NCBI GenBank assembly: GCA_037190965.1
Contig: JBBCKI010000072.1
Location: 32,001 to 96,000, forward strand
Source: Chthoniobacteraceae bacterium
GTDB lineage: Bacteria > Verrucomicrobiota > Verrucomicrobiia > Chthoniobacterales > Chthoniobacteraceae
Direction of reading: 5' to 3'
Length of the DNA: 64,000 nucleotides
A model generated the notes under the pieces. It worked only from the letters and a program-made list of their open reading frames with translations. It was not told the origin of the DNA and did not search any database. Within the stretch, counting starts at the first letter, position 1. Every line of letters starts with the position of its first letter. Positions 1-9,740 of the stretch are shown piece by piece. The translations under genes and the position numbers were made by a program.

Positions 1-485
1 TCATGGAACCCTCGGTTGTCGACTGCCGGGACGGTTCTCTATACATGAGTATCCGCACAAAGCTCGGTTATCTTTACCAGGCCAGATCCAACGATAGCGG
101 GAGATCATGGGTGTCTCTTTCGAGAAGCACCGTGGCCTCTGCTGAAGCTCCAAGCACCTTGATCAGGGGTGCCGGGGGAGAAATTCTTTGGATGTTCTGG
201 TGCAATACCCCCTATGTGCCCGGGAAGAGTAAATGGTTCGAACGGCACGATCTGGCCTGGGCGTACTCTCGCGATCACGGTGGCACTTGGAGCTCTCCGG
301 TGACTATCGAGCACGATAGAAGTAGAAGCTTCGGCTACGTGGACGCAAATATCGTGGGTGAGGAGGTCTTCTTGACGTACTATGACTGGCGCCTTGATAA
401 GACCAAGCCCGATTTCTGGGGGACGAGCCTGAGGCAAAATGTGTTGCCGCTTGGATTGTTCAAGAGTCTGGAGAATTCAGATTAG
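1..485 (+). CDS. Sialidase-family/BNR-repeat glycoside hydrolase, C-terminal part (probably truncated by the window edge)
   Basis: Asp-box motifs SNDSGRSW and SRDHGGTW; EPSVV and GY motifs typical of sialidase propellers. Confidence 0.75.
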   Translation, partial: MEPSVVDCRDGSLYMSIRTKLGYLYQARSNDSGRSWVSLSRSTVASAEAPSTLIRGAGGEILWMFWCNTPYVPGKSKWFERHDLAWAYSRDHGGTWSSPVTIEHDRSRSFGYVDANIVGEEVFLTYYDWRLDKTKPDFWGTSLRQNVLPLGLFKSLENSD

Positions 486-601
486 AGCGGTTTTGAATTT
501 TTCCATAAAGGCGTCCGCTTCCGGATGGCGGGCAAGGGCAAAACAGGGTGCCGAGATCAAGGGTTGCCAAACGGGGTGTGCCCGCATCAAATTGAGGGTT
601 C

Positions 602-1261
602 ATGCGCGGTATTTTCATTTCATTCGAAGGCTCTGACGGGTGCGGGAAATCGACCCAGATCAAACTTCTGGCCCGGCGGCTGGAGGAAGCCGGGGTGCGT
701 GTCCTCCTGACGCGGGAGCCGGGCGGGACGCCGATTGGCGAACAGATCCGGCATTTGCTTCAGACCGCCAAGGAGGGGGAGGCGATGGAGCCGCAAACGG
801 AACTGCTTCTTTTTGCCGCCAGCCGCGCGCAATTGGTTCGCGAAGTGATCGAGCCCGCGCTGGCGGAGGGAATTGCCGTTCTGGTCGATCGTTTTTTCGA
901 TTCGACGACCGTTTACCAGGGGGTCGCGCGGAAGCTCGATCCGGCCCGGGTACGTGAAATCAATGAGTTTGCCCTCGGTTCCCTGCGGCCCGATCTGACG
1001 ATGGTGCTTGATCTTGACCCGAAGCTTGCCCGGGAGCGGATCGAAGCCCGCTCTGAGCCGGGAACGCAGCGTGACCGGATGGAATCGCAGCCGCCGGAGT
1101 TTTACGAGGCGGTGCGCGCCGGTTATCTGGCGGTCGCCGGAGCGGAGCCCGAGCGCGTGAAGGTGATTGATGCCGGGCACTCCGTGGAGGAGGTGCAGGC
1201 GCGGATTTGCAACATCTTGGAGGAGAAATTTCATGGCATTCTCGCCGGAAGCCGCATTTGA
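602..1261 (+). CDS. tmk: Thymidylate kinase
   Basis: FISFEGSDGCGKSTQ P-loop, TREPGGT, DRF and YQG motifs. Confidence 0.97.
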   Translation: MRGIFISFEGSDGCGKSTQIKLLARRLEEAGVRVLLTREPGGTPIGEQIRHLLQTAKEGEAMEPQTELLLFAASRAQLVREVIEPALAEGIAVLVDRFFDSTTVYQGVARKLDPARVREINEFALGSLRPDLTMVLDLDPKLARERIEARSEPGTQRDRMESQPPEFYEAVRAGYLAVAGAEPERVKVIDAGHSVEEVQARICNILEEKFHGILAGSRI

Positions 1262-2210
1262 GTTCCTGAGCCGCGCTCATCAGAGTGGACGGCTGGCGCA
1301 CGCCTACCTCATCACCGGCGAGGTCGGCAGCGGCAAGCGCCCGCTGGCATGGAAACTCTCGCAGCGGGTGCAGGCCCGCCCTGAAACCGGGGAGGCGGGA
1401 GAAGCGAACACACATCCCGACGTTCACACCATCGAGCCGGAATCGAAATCGCGCCTGATCCGGGTGGAGCAGACGCGTGAGCTGGAGAAGGCGTTGCAAA
1501 TGCGCTCCTCGCAGGGCGGATTGAAGGTCGGCATCATTTTTGATGCGGAGCGGATGAATGCCGCCGCGTCGAATTCGTTCCTCAAAACGCTGGAGGAACC
1601 TCCCTCGCATTCGCTCCTGATGCTGGTGAGCGCACACCCCGAGATGCTGCTCGATACCATCCTTTCCCGCTGCATTCTCGTGCAGTTGAAGGCCCCTGCG
1701 GATCGCGAGTTGACGCCGCAACAGGGCCGGCTTCTCGATCTGTTGGCCCGCTTCTTCAAGGAGCCCAACCCGGGGCTTGGCGCGGTGTTCGGGCTGGTGC
1801 GCGAGTTCACCGTTCTGCTGGCCGATGCGAAGACGGCGGTGCAGGACGAGGGAGGCGCGGAACTCAAGCGCGAGGAGGCTCTCTACAAACAGACCACCGA
1901 CGGCAAATGGCTTGAGGAGCGGGAGGATCACTTCAAGGCGCTGGCCGAGTCCCGCTATCTCCAGGCGCGCAATGTCTTCATCGAAACGCTGCTTCAATGG
2001 TGGGGCGACGTGCTCCGGCGGCAACATGGCTCCGATGCGCTTGATTTTCCCTCGTATGCCGAGGCAACGGCCGAGCTGGCCGGGCAGCTCCCCACTCAGG
2101 AGGTGCTCCAACGGATCGCCGCGCTGGAGGGGCTGCGGGAAAACTTCAATCGCAACGTCCAGGAGCAGCTCGCTATTGAGGTTGCCTTCCTGAAGGCCTT
2201 CGGAGCATAA
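1233..2210 (+). CDS. holB: DNA polymerase III subunit delta'
   Basis: RLAHAYLITG, HPD, NSFLKTLEEPP and TILSRC motifs; follows tmk; start taken at ATG 1233. Confidence 0.93.
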   Translation: MAFSPEAAFEFLSRAHQSGRLAHAYLITGEVGSGKRPLAWKLSQRVQARPETGEAGEANTHPDVHTIEPESKSRLIRVEQTRELEKALQMRSSQGGLKVGIIFDAERMNAAASNSFLKTLEEPPSHSLLMLVSAHPEMLLDTILSRCILVQLKAPADRELTPQQGRLLDLLARFFKEPNPGLGAVFGLVREFTVLLADAKTAVQDEGGAELKREEALYKQTTDGKWLEEREDHFKALAESRYLQARNVFIETLLQWWGDVLRRQHGSDALDFPSYAEATAELAGQLPTQEVLQRIAALEGLRENFNRNVQEQLAIEVAFLKAFGA

Positions 2211-2253
2211 AAATACTCCATCATCAACAACCCCCGAAATCCGCAAAAATCGT

Positions 2254-3411
2254 ATGAAAAGGAAGCTCAACGTAGGAATGATCGGCTACAACTTCATGGG
2301 CAAGGCCCATTCCAATGCCTGGCGTCAGGCGGGGAAGTTCTTTGACCTCCCGGCGGAGGTGGAACTGAAGACGATTTGCGGTCGCACGGAATCCAGCGTC
2401 GAAGCGGCGCGGCGGCAACTCGGCTGGCAGCAGGCCTCCACCGACTGGCGGCAGGTGGTGGAAGATCCTTCGATCGACATTATCGACATCACCACGCCCA
2501 ACGACAGCCATGCGGAGATCGCCATCGCGGCGGCGCAGGCCGGGAAGGCAATCCTTTGTGAAAAGCCGCTCGGCATGAACGTCGCGGAGTGCGAGCAGAT
2601 GGTGGCCGCCGTGAAAAAGGCGAACGTGGTCAACATGGTTTGCCATAACTACCGGCGCATCCCGGCCATCGCCCTGGCCAAGAAGATGATTGAGGAGGGG
2701 GTGCTGGGAGACCGCATTTATCATTACCGCGCCCGTTATGCCCAGGATTGGATTGCCGATCCGAAGTTCCCGCTCGTCTGGCGTTTGCAGGCGAAGATCG
2801 CCGGATCCGGAACGCATGGCGACATCGACGCGCATATCATCGACCTTGGGCGCTACCTCGTGGGCGAGATCGACGAGGTTTGCGGGTTGATGGAGACCTT
2901 CATCAAAGAGCGGCCGCTGCTGGAGAGCACCGGTTCGGGGCTTTCCGCCGCCGCCGGGAAGACGACGGGAGAAGTGACCGTGGATGACGCGGTGAGCTGG
3001 ATCGGCCGGTTCAAGAACGGCGCGATGGCCAACCTGGAGGCGACCCGCTTTGCCTATGGCCGCAAGAATCACATCACGCTGGAGATCAACGGCAGCAAGG
3101 GTTCGCTCGCCTTCAACTTCGAGGATATGAACCGGCTCCAGTACTTCAACGCCGAAGACCCGGCGGATCGGCAGGGCTTCCGGGACATTCTGGTGACGGA
3201 CGGTTCGCATCCGTTCCTCAACGCCTGGTGGCCCCCGGGGCACATCATCGGCTATGAGCACACCTTCGTGAACACCTTTGCCGATTTCGTCAAAGCCGTC
3301 GTGGAGGGCAAGAGCGTCCAGCCGACCTTTGAGGACGGCCTCGCCAATGAGCGGGTGCTCTCCGCCGTGGAAGAGAGCGCGAAGAACCGTAGTTGGGTGA
3401 AGGTTGGTTAA
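2254..3411 (+). CDS. Gfo/Idh/MocA family oxidoreductase
   Basis: VGMIGYNFMGKAH, CEKP and GDIDAHIID motifs. Confidence 0.93.
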   Translation: MKRKLNVGMIGYNFMGKAHSNAWRQAGKFFDLPAEVELKTICGRTESSVEAARRQLGWQQASTDWRQVVEDPSIDIIDITTPNDSHAEIAIAAAQAGKAILCEKPLGMNVAECEQMVAAVKKANVVNMVCHNYRRIPAIALAKKMIEEGVLGDRIYHYRARYAQDWIADPKFPLVWRLQAKIAGSGTHGDIDAHIIDLGRYLVGEIDEVCGLMETFIKERPLLESTGSGLSAAAGKTTGEVTVDDAVSWIGRFKNGAMANLEATRFAYGRKNHITLEINGSKGSLAFNFEDMNRLQYFNAEDPADRQGFRDILVTDGSHPFLNAWWPPGHIIGYEHTFVNTFADFVKAVVEGKSVQPTFEDGLANERVLSAVEESAKNRSWVKVG

Positions 3412-3480
3412 ACTGGTAAACCCCCGTCCGAAGTCGCTTGAACTCGGCTCGAAAAGCCGTCTTCATGAACGCCGTTTTTT

Positions 3481-4230
3481 ATGAACCGTCTTGAAAATCA
3501 GATTGCCATTGTGACCGGTGCCGGACGCGGCATTGGCGAAGCCATTGCGAAACGCCTAGCCGACGAGGGGGCCAAGGTGGCTTGCGTCAGCCGTTCGGAG
3601 GCGAACTCCGCCCGGGTGGCGGAAGCGATCAACGCCGCCCACGAAGGGGCGGCCCGCGCCTATGCGGTCGATGTGGCCGACAAGAAGGCGGTCTCCGAGC
3701 TGTGCGAGAAGATCCTCGCCGATTTCGGCCGCGTGGACATCCTCGTCAACAATGCCGGGGTGACCCGCGACGGTCTCGCGATGCGGATGAGCGAGGAGGA
3801 TTGGGATGTCGTCATCGACACCAACCTCAAAGGGGCTTTCAACTTCATCCAGGGGATCATGCGCCCGCTCATCAAGCAGCGTTCCGGGCGGATCATCAAC
3901 ATCGCCAGCGTCGCCGGGTTGATGGGCAACGCCGGACAGGCCAACTACGCCGCCAGCAAGGCGGGGTTGATCGGGTTGACCAAGACGATCGCCCGCGAAC
4001 TTGCCAGCCGCAACATCACCTCCAACGCGGTGGCTCCCGGCTTCATCAAGACCGACATGACCGAAGTGCTTCCCGAAGCGGTGAAAACGGGGGTGGTCGG
4101 CTCGATTCCGGCTGGTTGCTTCGGCGAGCCCGAAGATATCGCAGCCGCCGTAGCCTTCCTGGCCAGCCCTGAGGCGAAGTATGTCACCGGGCAGACCTTG
4201 ACCGTCGATGGCGGCATGGTGATGGCGTAA
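3481..4230 (+). CDS. fabG: 3-oxoacyl-ACP reductase
   Basis: TGAGRGIG, NNAGVTRD, GNAGQANYAASK and VDGGM motifs. Confidence 0.95.
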   Translation: MNRLENQIAIVTGAGRGIGEAIAKRLADEGAKVACVSRSEANSARVAEAINAAHEGAARAYAVDVADKKAVSELCEKILADFGRVDILVNNAGVTRDGLAMRMSEEDWDVVIDTNLKGAFNFIQGIMRPLIKQRSGRIINIASVAGLMGNAGQANYAASKAGLIGLTKTIARELASRNITSNAVAPGFIKTDMTEVLPEAVKTGVVGSIPAGCFGEPEDIAAAVAFLASPEAKYVTGQTLTVDGGMVMA

Positions 4231-4240
4231 CTTCTCCAAT

Positions 4241-4717
4241 ATGGAACAACTCCTCCTTCTCCGTCACGCCGAAGCGGAAAGCGTTGCGCGATCCGACAAG
4301 GCGCGTGTGTTGACCGAAAAGGGCCGCGAACAGGCCCGGCGGGTGGGGCGATTTTGCGAGGAGTATAAGATTTGCCCGGATTTGATCCTGGCAAGTCCCT
4401 ACGCGCGGACGGACGAAACCGCCCGCATCGTGGCCGCCCGGCTGAAGATGGAGGTGGTCACAGCGGACTTCCTTGCTCCGGGGATGGCCCCGGAGACCGC
4501 CTTGGAGGAGTTGCGCGCCTATACAAAGTTCCGCACCGTGATGACGGTCGGGCATGAGCCCGACACCAGCCATCTTGCGGCCTCGCTGCTCGGGGTGGAG
4601 GCCGCGAACGCGCTCCATGTCCGCAAGGCGACACTGATCGCGATGGACGTGATGAGCCTGCAACCGCAAGGGGCCGTTCTCGATTTCTTTCTTCCCGTCA
4701 AATTGATGCATTCATGA
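4241..4717 (+). CDS. sixA: Phosphohistidine phosphatase SixA
   Basis: LLRHAEAE, LTEKG, SPYART and VGHEP motifs. Confidence 0.88.
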   Translation: MEQLLLLRHAEAESVARSDKARVLTEKGREQARRVGRFCEEYKICPDLILASPYARTDETARIVAARLKMEVVTADFLAPGMAPETALEELRAYTKFRTVMTVGHEPDTSHLAASLLGVEAANALHVRKATLIAMDVMSLQPQGAVLDFFLPVKLMHS

Positions 4718-5406
4718 GTACCGAAATCATTCGTTCTTCCTCGTTCGCCGCCGATGCGGCCCGCTTGATCGCCGACGCGGCGCGGGAGGCGATCGCCGCG
4801 CGCGGTCTCTTCCGGCTTTCGCTTTGCGGCGGGAACACTCCGCGCGCCGTCTACGCCGAACTGGCGAAGATCGGTCTTCCTTGGGAGAAGGTGCAGATCA
4901 CCTTCGGAGATGAGCGGTGCGTGCCGCCGGAAGACAGCCAGAGCAATTACCGGATGGCGCGGGAGTCGCTGCTGGGCGTGGTGCCGATCCCCGAAGGGAA
5001 TGTGTTCCGCATGCGCGGAGAACTGGAGCCCGCCGCCGCCGCCGAGGATTATGAGCGCAAGCTCTCCGCCGTGGCGGATCGGTTGGGCGAGACGCGTTAT
5101 ATCCACGACCTGCTGCTCCTCGGAATGGGGGATGACGGCCACACCGCGTCGCTCTTTCCCGGTACCGCCGCGCTGGAAGAGACGGAGCGCAGCGTGGTTG
5201 CCAACTTCGTTCCGAAGTTCGACACCCACCGGATCACGTTCACTTTCCCGCTCATCAATGCCGCGCGTCACGTCTGCTTTCTGGTCAACGACCCGAAGAA
5301 GGAGCCGATTGTCCAGGCGGTGCTGGAGAAGAGCGGCGGTTACCCGACCGAGCGGGTTGCTCCCGAGTCCGGGCGAATTACATGGCTTCTCGGTTCCGGA
5401 GAGTAA
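4714..5406 (+). CDS. pgl: 6-phosphogluconolactonase
   Basis: GGNTP, GDERCVPP, SNY and GMGDDGHTASLFP motifs. Confidence 0.95.
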   Translation: MSTEIIRSSSFAADAARLIADAAREAIAARGLFRLSLCGGNTPRAVYAELAKIGLPWEKVQITFGDERCVPPEDSQSNYRMARESLLGVVPIPEGNVFRMRGELEPAAAAEDYERKLSAVADRLGETRYIHDLLLLGMGDDGHTASLFPGTAALEETERSVVANFVPKFDTHRITFTFPLINAARHVCFLVNDPKKEPIVQAVLEKSGGYPTERVAPESGRITWLLGSGE

Positions 5407-5423
5407 TTGGACGACAATCTTTT

Positions 5424-6500
5424 ATGAAGAGCGCTTACGCACCTGGCAGAGTTGAGCTTCTCGGCAATCACACGGATTATAACCAAGGCTACGTTCTTTC
5501 CGCGGCCATCGACCGCGGGGTGACGATGATGGGAGAGCTCACCGGATCATCATGCACGGAACTTCGTTCCATCGCCCTGGATCAGTCATTCGAGACGGCT
5601 GCGGACCGGTTGGTGCCAAGCGAGGAGCACGAATGGGCGAACTATCCGCTTGGGGTGCTCGATGTCTTCGGGAAGGAGGGGTTGCCGGTCTCCGGGTTTC
5701 GCGCGGAGATCGAGAGTACACTCCCGCTGGGCGCGGGGCTTTCGAGTTCCGCCGCTCTGGAAGTCTCGACGGCGAAGCTGCTGGAGAAACTTTTTGGGTT
5801 CACCCTCGATCCGTTGACGCTCGCGAAGCTCTGCCGCCGCGCGGAGAATGAGTTTGTGGGAGTCAATTGCGGGTTGCTCGATCAGGTTTCCTCCGTCTTC
5901 GGTAAAGCGGGGCACGCCATTTTTCTGGATTGCCTCAAGGAGACCGTGGAACTGACCCCGTTTCCCGCGGGTGTGGAACTTCTCATCACGCATTGCGGGG
6001 TGCCGCACCGGCTGAGCGGCGGGGAGTACAACGAGCGGCGGGAGCAATGTTTCGACGCGGCGGCGCGCATGGGTGTTCCCGCTTTGCGCGATGTTACGAG
6101 CGCCCAATTGGAGGCGGCACGGGAGAGTCTGCCGCGCCTTTCGTACCTGCGGGCGGCCCATATTGTGGGCGAGAACGAGCGGGTGTTGCGCGGGGTGGAA
6201 CTGCTGCGTTCGGGCGACGTGAAAGGGTTTGGCGCGTTGATGTTCGCCAGTCACGAAAGCTCGCGAGTGAACTTCGAGAACAGCACGCCGGAACTCGACG
6301 TGCTGGTGGAGATTGCCCGGGATCTGCCCGGGGTGCTCGGCTCGCGTTTGACGGGGGGCGGCTTCGGCGGGGCAACCGTCACGCTGCTCGAGAGCGATAA
6401 AGCCACGGCGACGGCGGAAGCGCTGGCCGCCCGTTATCATGAAAAAACAGGCTTTACCGCACACCCTTATCTTTGTGCCATCGCCGACGGGGCGAGGTAA
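5424..6500 (+). CDS. galK: Galactokinase
   Basis: APGRVELLGNHTDYN, PLGAGLSSSAA, CGLLDQ and GSRLTGGGFGG motifs. Confidence 0.95.
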   Translation: MKSAYAPGRVELLGNHTDYNQGYVLSAAIDRGVTMMGELTGSSCTELRSIALDQSFETAADRLVPSEEHEWANYPLGVLDVFGKEGLPVSGFRAEIESTLPLGAGLSSSAALEVSTAKLLEKLFGFTLDPLTLAKLCRRAENEFVGVNCGLLDQVSSVFGKAGHAIFLDCLKETVELTPFPAGVELLITHCGVPHRLSGGEYNERREQCFDAAARMGVPALRDVTSAQLEAARESLPRLSYLRAAHIVGENERVLRGVELLRSGDVKGFGALMFASHESSRVNFENSTPELDVLVEIARDLPGVLGSRLTGGGFGGATVTLLESDKATATAEALAARYHEKTGFTAHPYLCAIADGAR

Positions 6501-6543
6501 ACTTTTCACTCCCTCTTCGCGAAAGCGCGGTTACCTTTTAGAG

Positions 6544-7524
6544 ATGGACTCGCCATTGCAGTGCCTGGTCACCGAGATTCTCGATTCCTACCGGAAGGTG
6601 GGAGGGATCAACAATTTCGACGGGACGAACCTTCCCTCGAAGTTCGCGATTGCCGAGATCTGTCAGGACCTTCTGCAACTCCTCTTTCCCGGCTTTCTCG
6701 ATCAGGAGCCGATCCATTCCAAGGAGATGCGCCGGGCGACGGCGTATCGGATCGGCTCGATTGCCGATCGCCTGGCCACCGAGGTTGCCAAGAGCCTCCG
6801 GCTCTCGGAGCCCGATTGCCCGCAAGCCGAGGCGGAGCGGGTTGTCATGAAGATGCTCCAAAGGCTTCCCGCCGTGCGTGAGCTGCTGCGGACTGACGTG
6901 GAGGCAGCCTACGAGGGCGACCCTGCCACGCGGAGCTTCGACGAGATCATCCTTTCGTATCCGTTTCTGGAGACGATTGCCATCCAGCGGTGCGCGCACA
7001 TTTTTCATCTGGAGAAAGTGCCGCTCCTGCCGCGTATCATGACGGAGTGGGCGCATGGCCGGACGGGGATCGATATTCACCCCGGCGCGCAGATCGGCTC
7101 GCATTTTTTTATCGATCACGGCACCGGGGTGGTCATTGGGGAGACCTGCGTGATCGGGTCTCACGTGAAGCTCTACCACGGCGTTACGCTGGGGGCGAAG
7201 AGCTTCCAGAAGGACGATCATGGCCGCATCCTCAAGGGAGGCAAGCGGCACCCGAACGTCGAGGATCACGTCACGATCTACCCGAACAGCACGGTTTTGG
7301 GGGGCGAAACGGTGATCGGGAAGGGTACCACCATCGGCGGGAACGTCTTCCTCCAACAGAGCGTGCCGCCTAACTCGCTGGTTTATTACGAGGAGACGCA
7401 ACTCAAGGTGGTCCCCAAGAGAGAGCGGCATCATGGCGGGCCTCGGGAGGAAAAACCGGAAAAGGCCGAGATCGTCAGCGTGGGGCTCGAAGAGCCTGTT
7501 GAGGATTGGGACTGGTCGATCTAA
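6544..7524 (+). CDS. cysE: Serine O-acetyltransferase
   Basis: GDPA, TGIDIHPGAQIG, FIDHGTGVVIGET and KRHP motifs. Confidence 0.93.
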   Translation: MDSPLQCLVTEILDSYRKVGGINNFDGTNLPSKFAIAEICQDLLQLLFPGFLDQEPIHSKEMRRATAYRIGSIADRLATEVAKSLRLSEPDCPQAEAERVVMKMLQRLPAVRELLRTDVEAAYEGDPATRSFDEIILSYPFLETIAIQRCAHIFHLEKVPLLPRIMTEWAHGRTGIDIHPGAQIGSHFFIDHGTGVVIGETCVIGSHVKLYHGVTLGAKSFQKDDHGRILKGGKRHPNVEDHVTIYPNSTVLGGETVIGKGTTIGGNVFLQQSVPPNSLVYYEETQLKVVPKRERHHGGPREEKPEKAEIVSVGLEEPVEDWDWSI

Positions 7525-7571
7525 TTTCCCCCTGATGCCCAGTAAAGTCTCCGCGCGGTTGAAAAATACCG

Positions 7572-7715
7572 CCTCGTTCCCAAACTCCGTTTGGGAACGT
7601 CAGTGTCTTCGAAACTCCAGTTTCGCAACCCTTCGTCACGAAAGGCCGCTAGGGAGGCGCACGAATCGGAGATTCGCAGACAGGGGCATTCCCAATCTGG
7701 AGATTGGGAACGAGG
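7572..7715. repeat. REPIN-like inverted pair of palindromic repeats
   Basis: CCTCGTTCCCAAACTCCGTTTGGGAACG on the left and CATTCCCAATCTGGAGATTGGGAACGAGG on the right, with inner palindromes CGAAACTCCAGTTTCG and CGAATCGGAGATTCG. Confidence 0.8.
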
Positions 7716-7746
7716 GGGCTAGCTGCAATAACCAGATTTTGATTCC

Positions 7747-8907
7747 GTGATTTATCTCGATTACAACGCCACCACGCCTCTGGCTTCCGAGGTCCTGGCG
7801 GCCATGCTTCCGGTTCTGGAGCGCGGGTTTGGAAACCCCTCCAGCATTCACGCCGCGGGCCGCGAGGCGCGCGCCGCCATTGATGACGCCCGCGACCGGC
7901 TCGGGGCGGTTCTGGGCGCGCGGCCGCATGAGATCGTTTTCACCGGGGGCGGCACAGAGGCCGACAACCTCGCGGTCCTCGGTTTGGCAAAAAGCCAGTC
8001 CCGAGAGAAAGGGAAAACCCGGCACGTCATTACCGCGAGCACGGAGCATCACGCCGTCCTTCACGCTGCCGCGCATCTGGAGAAGGAAGAAGGTTTTGCG
8101 GTTACCTGGTTGCCGGTGGACCGGCATGGGGTGATCGATCCCGATGAACTCCGGCGCGTGTTGACTCCGGAGACGGCTCTGGTCTCCATCATGTCGGCCA
8201 ATAACGAGACCGGAACGTTGCAGCCGGTGCGCGAAATTGCGACGCTTTGCCGGGAGCGGGGCGTTCTTTTTCACAGTGACATGATCCAGAGTTTCGGCAA
8301 GCTCCCCGTGAGCGTCCGCGATTCCTTGTCGGAGCCCGGCCCCGATGCGATCTCCCTTGCCGCGCACAAATTTTATGGGCCCAAGGGGGCCGGGGCGCTT
8401 TGGCTTCGGTCCGGCCTATCCATCGACCGGATTGTTTTTGGCGGTTCGCATGAAAACGAACGCCGACCGGGGACGGAAAACGCGGCGGCAATCGCCGGGC
8501 TCGCGCGGGCGGCGGAACTGCTGCTGCCCGGGATGAGCGCCGAGCAGGAGCGGCAAGCGGCGTTGCGTGATGCCCTCTGGGAGGGAATTGCGACGGCCTA
8601 CCCGCGCGCGGTGCTCAATGGGCATCCTTCGGCGCGGCTGGCCAATACGCTCAATGTTTCATTCCCTGGGCTTAACGGAGAGAGCCTGCTGATCAATTTC
8701 GATCTCGAAGGGATCTGCGTTTCCAGCGGTTCGGCTTGCATGGTCGGATCAATCCAGGCCTCGCATGTGCTTCTGGCGATGGGGGTTGCCCCCGAATCGG
8801 CTCACGCGGCGGTCCGTTTTTCGCTTGGGAAGGGGACGACTGAAAAAGAGATTGAAAAGGTCGTTGCGCGAATGCCTGCAATCGTCGACAGGTTGCAGGC
8901 AGAATGA
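7747..8907 (+). CDS. iscS: Cysteine desulfurase (IscS/NifS type)
   Basis: IYLDYNATTP, GNPSS, NNETG, HKFYGPKG and SSGSAC motifs. Confidence 0.93.
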   Translation: MIYLDYNATTPLASEVLAAMLPVLERGFGNPSSIHAAGREARAAIDDARDRLGAVLGARPHEIVFTGGGTEADNLAVLGLAKSQSREKGKTRHVITASTEHHAVLHAAAHLEKEEGFAVTWLPVDRHGVIDPDELRRVLTPETALVSIMSANNETGTLQPVREIATLCRERGVLFHSDMIQSFGKLPVSVRDSLSEPGPDAISLAAHKFYGPKGAGALWLRSGLSIDRIVFGGSHENERRPGTENAAAIAGLARAAELLLPGMSAEQERQAALRDALWEGIATAYPRAVLNGHPSARLANTLNVSFPGLNGESLLINFDLEGICVSSGSACMVGSIQASHVLLAMGVAPESAHAAVRFSLGKGTTEKEIEKVVARMPAIVDRLQAE

Positions 8908-9530
8908 GATCGCTGAACGCCAAAACTTCCCCATTGGTCCCCCGAGTGATCGACTCGCGGCAAGCAAGCCTGGACGGCATTCTGGAGCCGCTTGCAGCAT
9001 TGCTTCAGTTGCCCGAGGGAGACTTTACCCAGTGCGCGTTGGAGGCTGCCTCCCGGCGCTTATTGGAGCGCGCGGGGTGCCCGGGGCTGGCGGGGCTTGT
9101 CAAGGTACGCTGGAATTACCGGCTACGGACCACGGCGGGGTTGGCGTGCGCGAATGAACAGCTTGTTTCTCTCAATCCACGGTTGATCGCTTTTGGGATG
9201 CCGGAGGTGGATCGCACCCTGCGGCACGAATTGGCGCATCTGGTGGCACGGTATCGCTCAGGGAGACGGCGGATCGAGCCGCACGGCCCGGAGTGGCGGC
9301 AGGCTTGCGTCGATCTGGGGCTCTCCAACGAAAAGCGTTGCCACGACCTGCCGCTGCCCCGTCGCCGCATGCAGGCAAAGCATCATTACCGCTGCCAACA
9401 TTGCCGCTTCGACGTTTTCCGGGTCAGACCGTTCCGGCGGGCGGTGGCTTGCCTCAAGTGCTGCCGCACTTATAGCGGCGGGAAGTACAATGAGAAGTTC
9501 CGGTTGGTGAAGGTCGTGTCAAATCCGTAG
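8904..9530 (+). CDS. SprT-like zinc metalloprotease with C-terminal zinc ribbon
   Basis: WNYRLRTTAG, HELAH and HGPEW motifs; CQHC and CLKC cysteine pairs. Confidence 0.88.
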   Translation: MRSLNAKTSPLVPRVIDSRQASLDGILEPLAALLQLPEGDFTQCALEAASRRLLERAGCPGLAGLVKVRWNYRLRTTAGLACANEQLVSLNPRLIAFGMPEVDRTLRHELAHLVARYRSGRRRIEPHGPEWRQACVDLGLSNEKRCHDLPLPRRRMQAKHHYRCQHCRFDVFRVRPFRRAVACLKCCRTYSGGKYNEKFRLVKVVSNP

Positions 9531-9556
9531 CAGGTTTGCTTTCCCGAATGAGGGAT

Positions 9557-9740
9557 TGAATTCTGGAGGTCCGTCCCTTAGCGAAGGGGGTATTCTCGAA
9601 AACCTGAAGATGACTCTATGACTTTTCAGGCTGGGAAATAGGACCTTATGTGGAATACCACTGAATCTATCGTTACCCCCTTCTAAACCCTGGCGAAAGG
9701 GTTCTTTGGAGCGGTCAACCCCGCAAGGGAATCCAGTTCA
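9557..9740 (+). ncRNA. Candidate structured non-coding RNA (family not identified)
   Basis: Nested helices including a perfect 10-bp GAAGGGGGTA/TACCCCCTTC; a GCAA tetraloop; G-U pairs favour the + strand; lies between convergent genes. Confidence 0.45.

Noticed and set aside
483..510. TAGAGCGGTTTTGAATTT resembling an IS terminal repeat
   Set aside because: No partner repeat or transposase is present in the window, so it cannot be supported.
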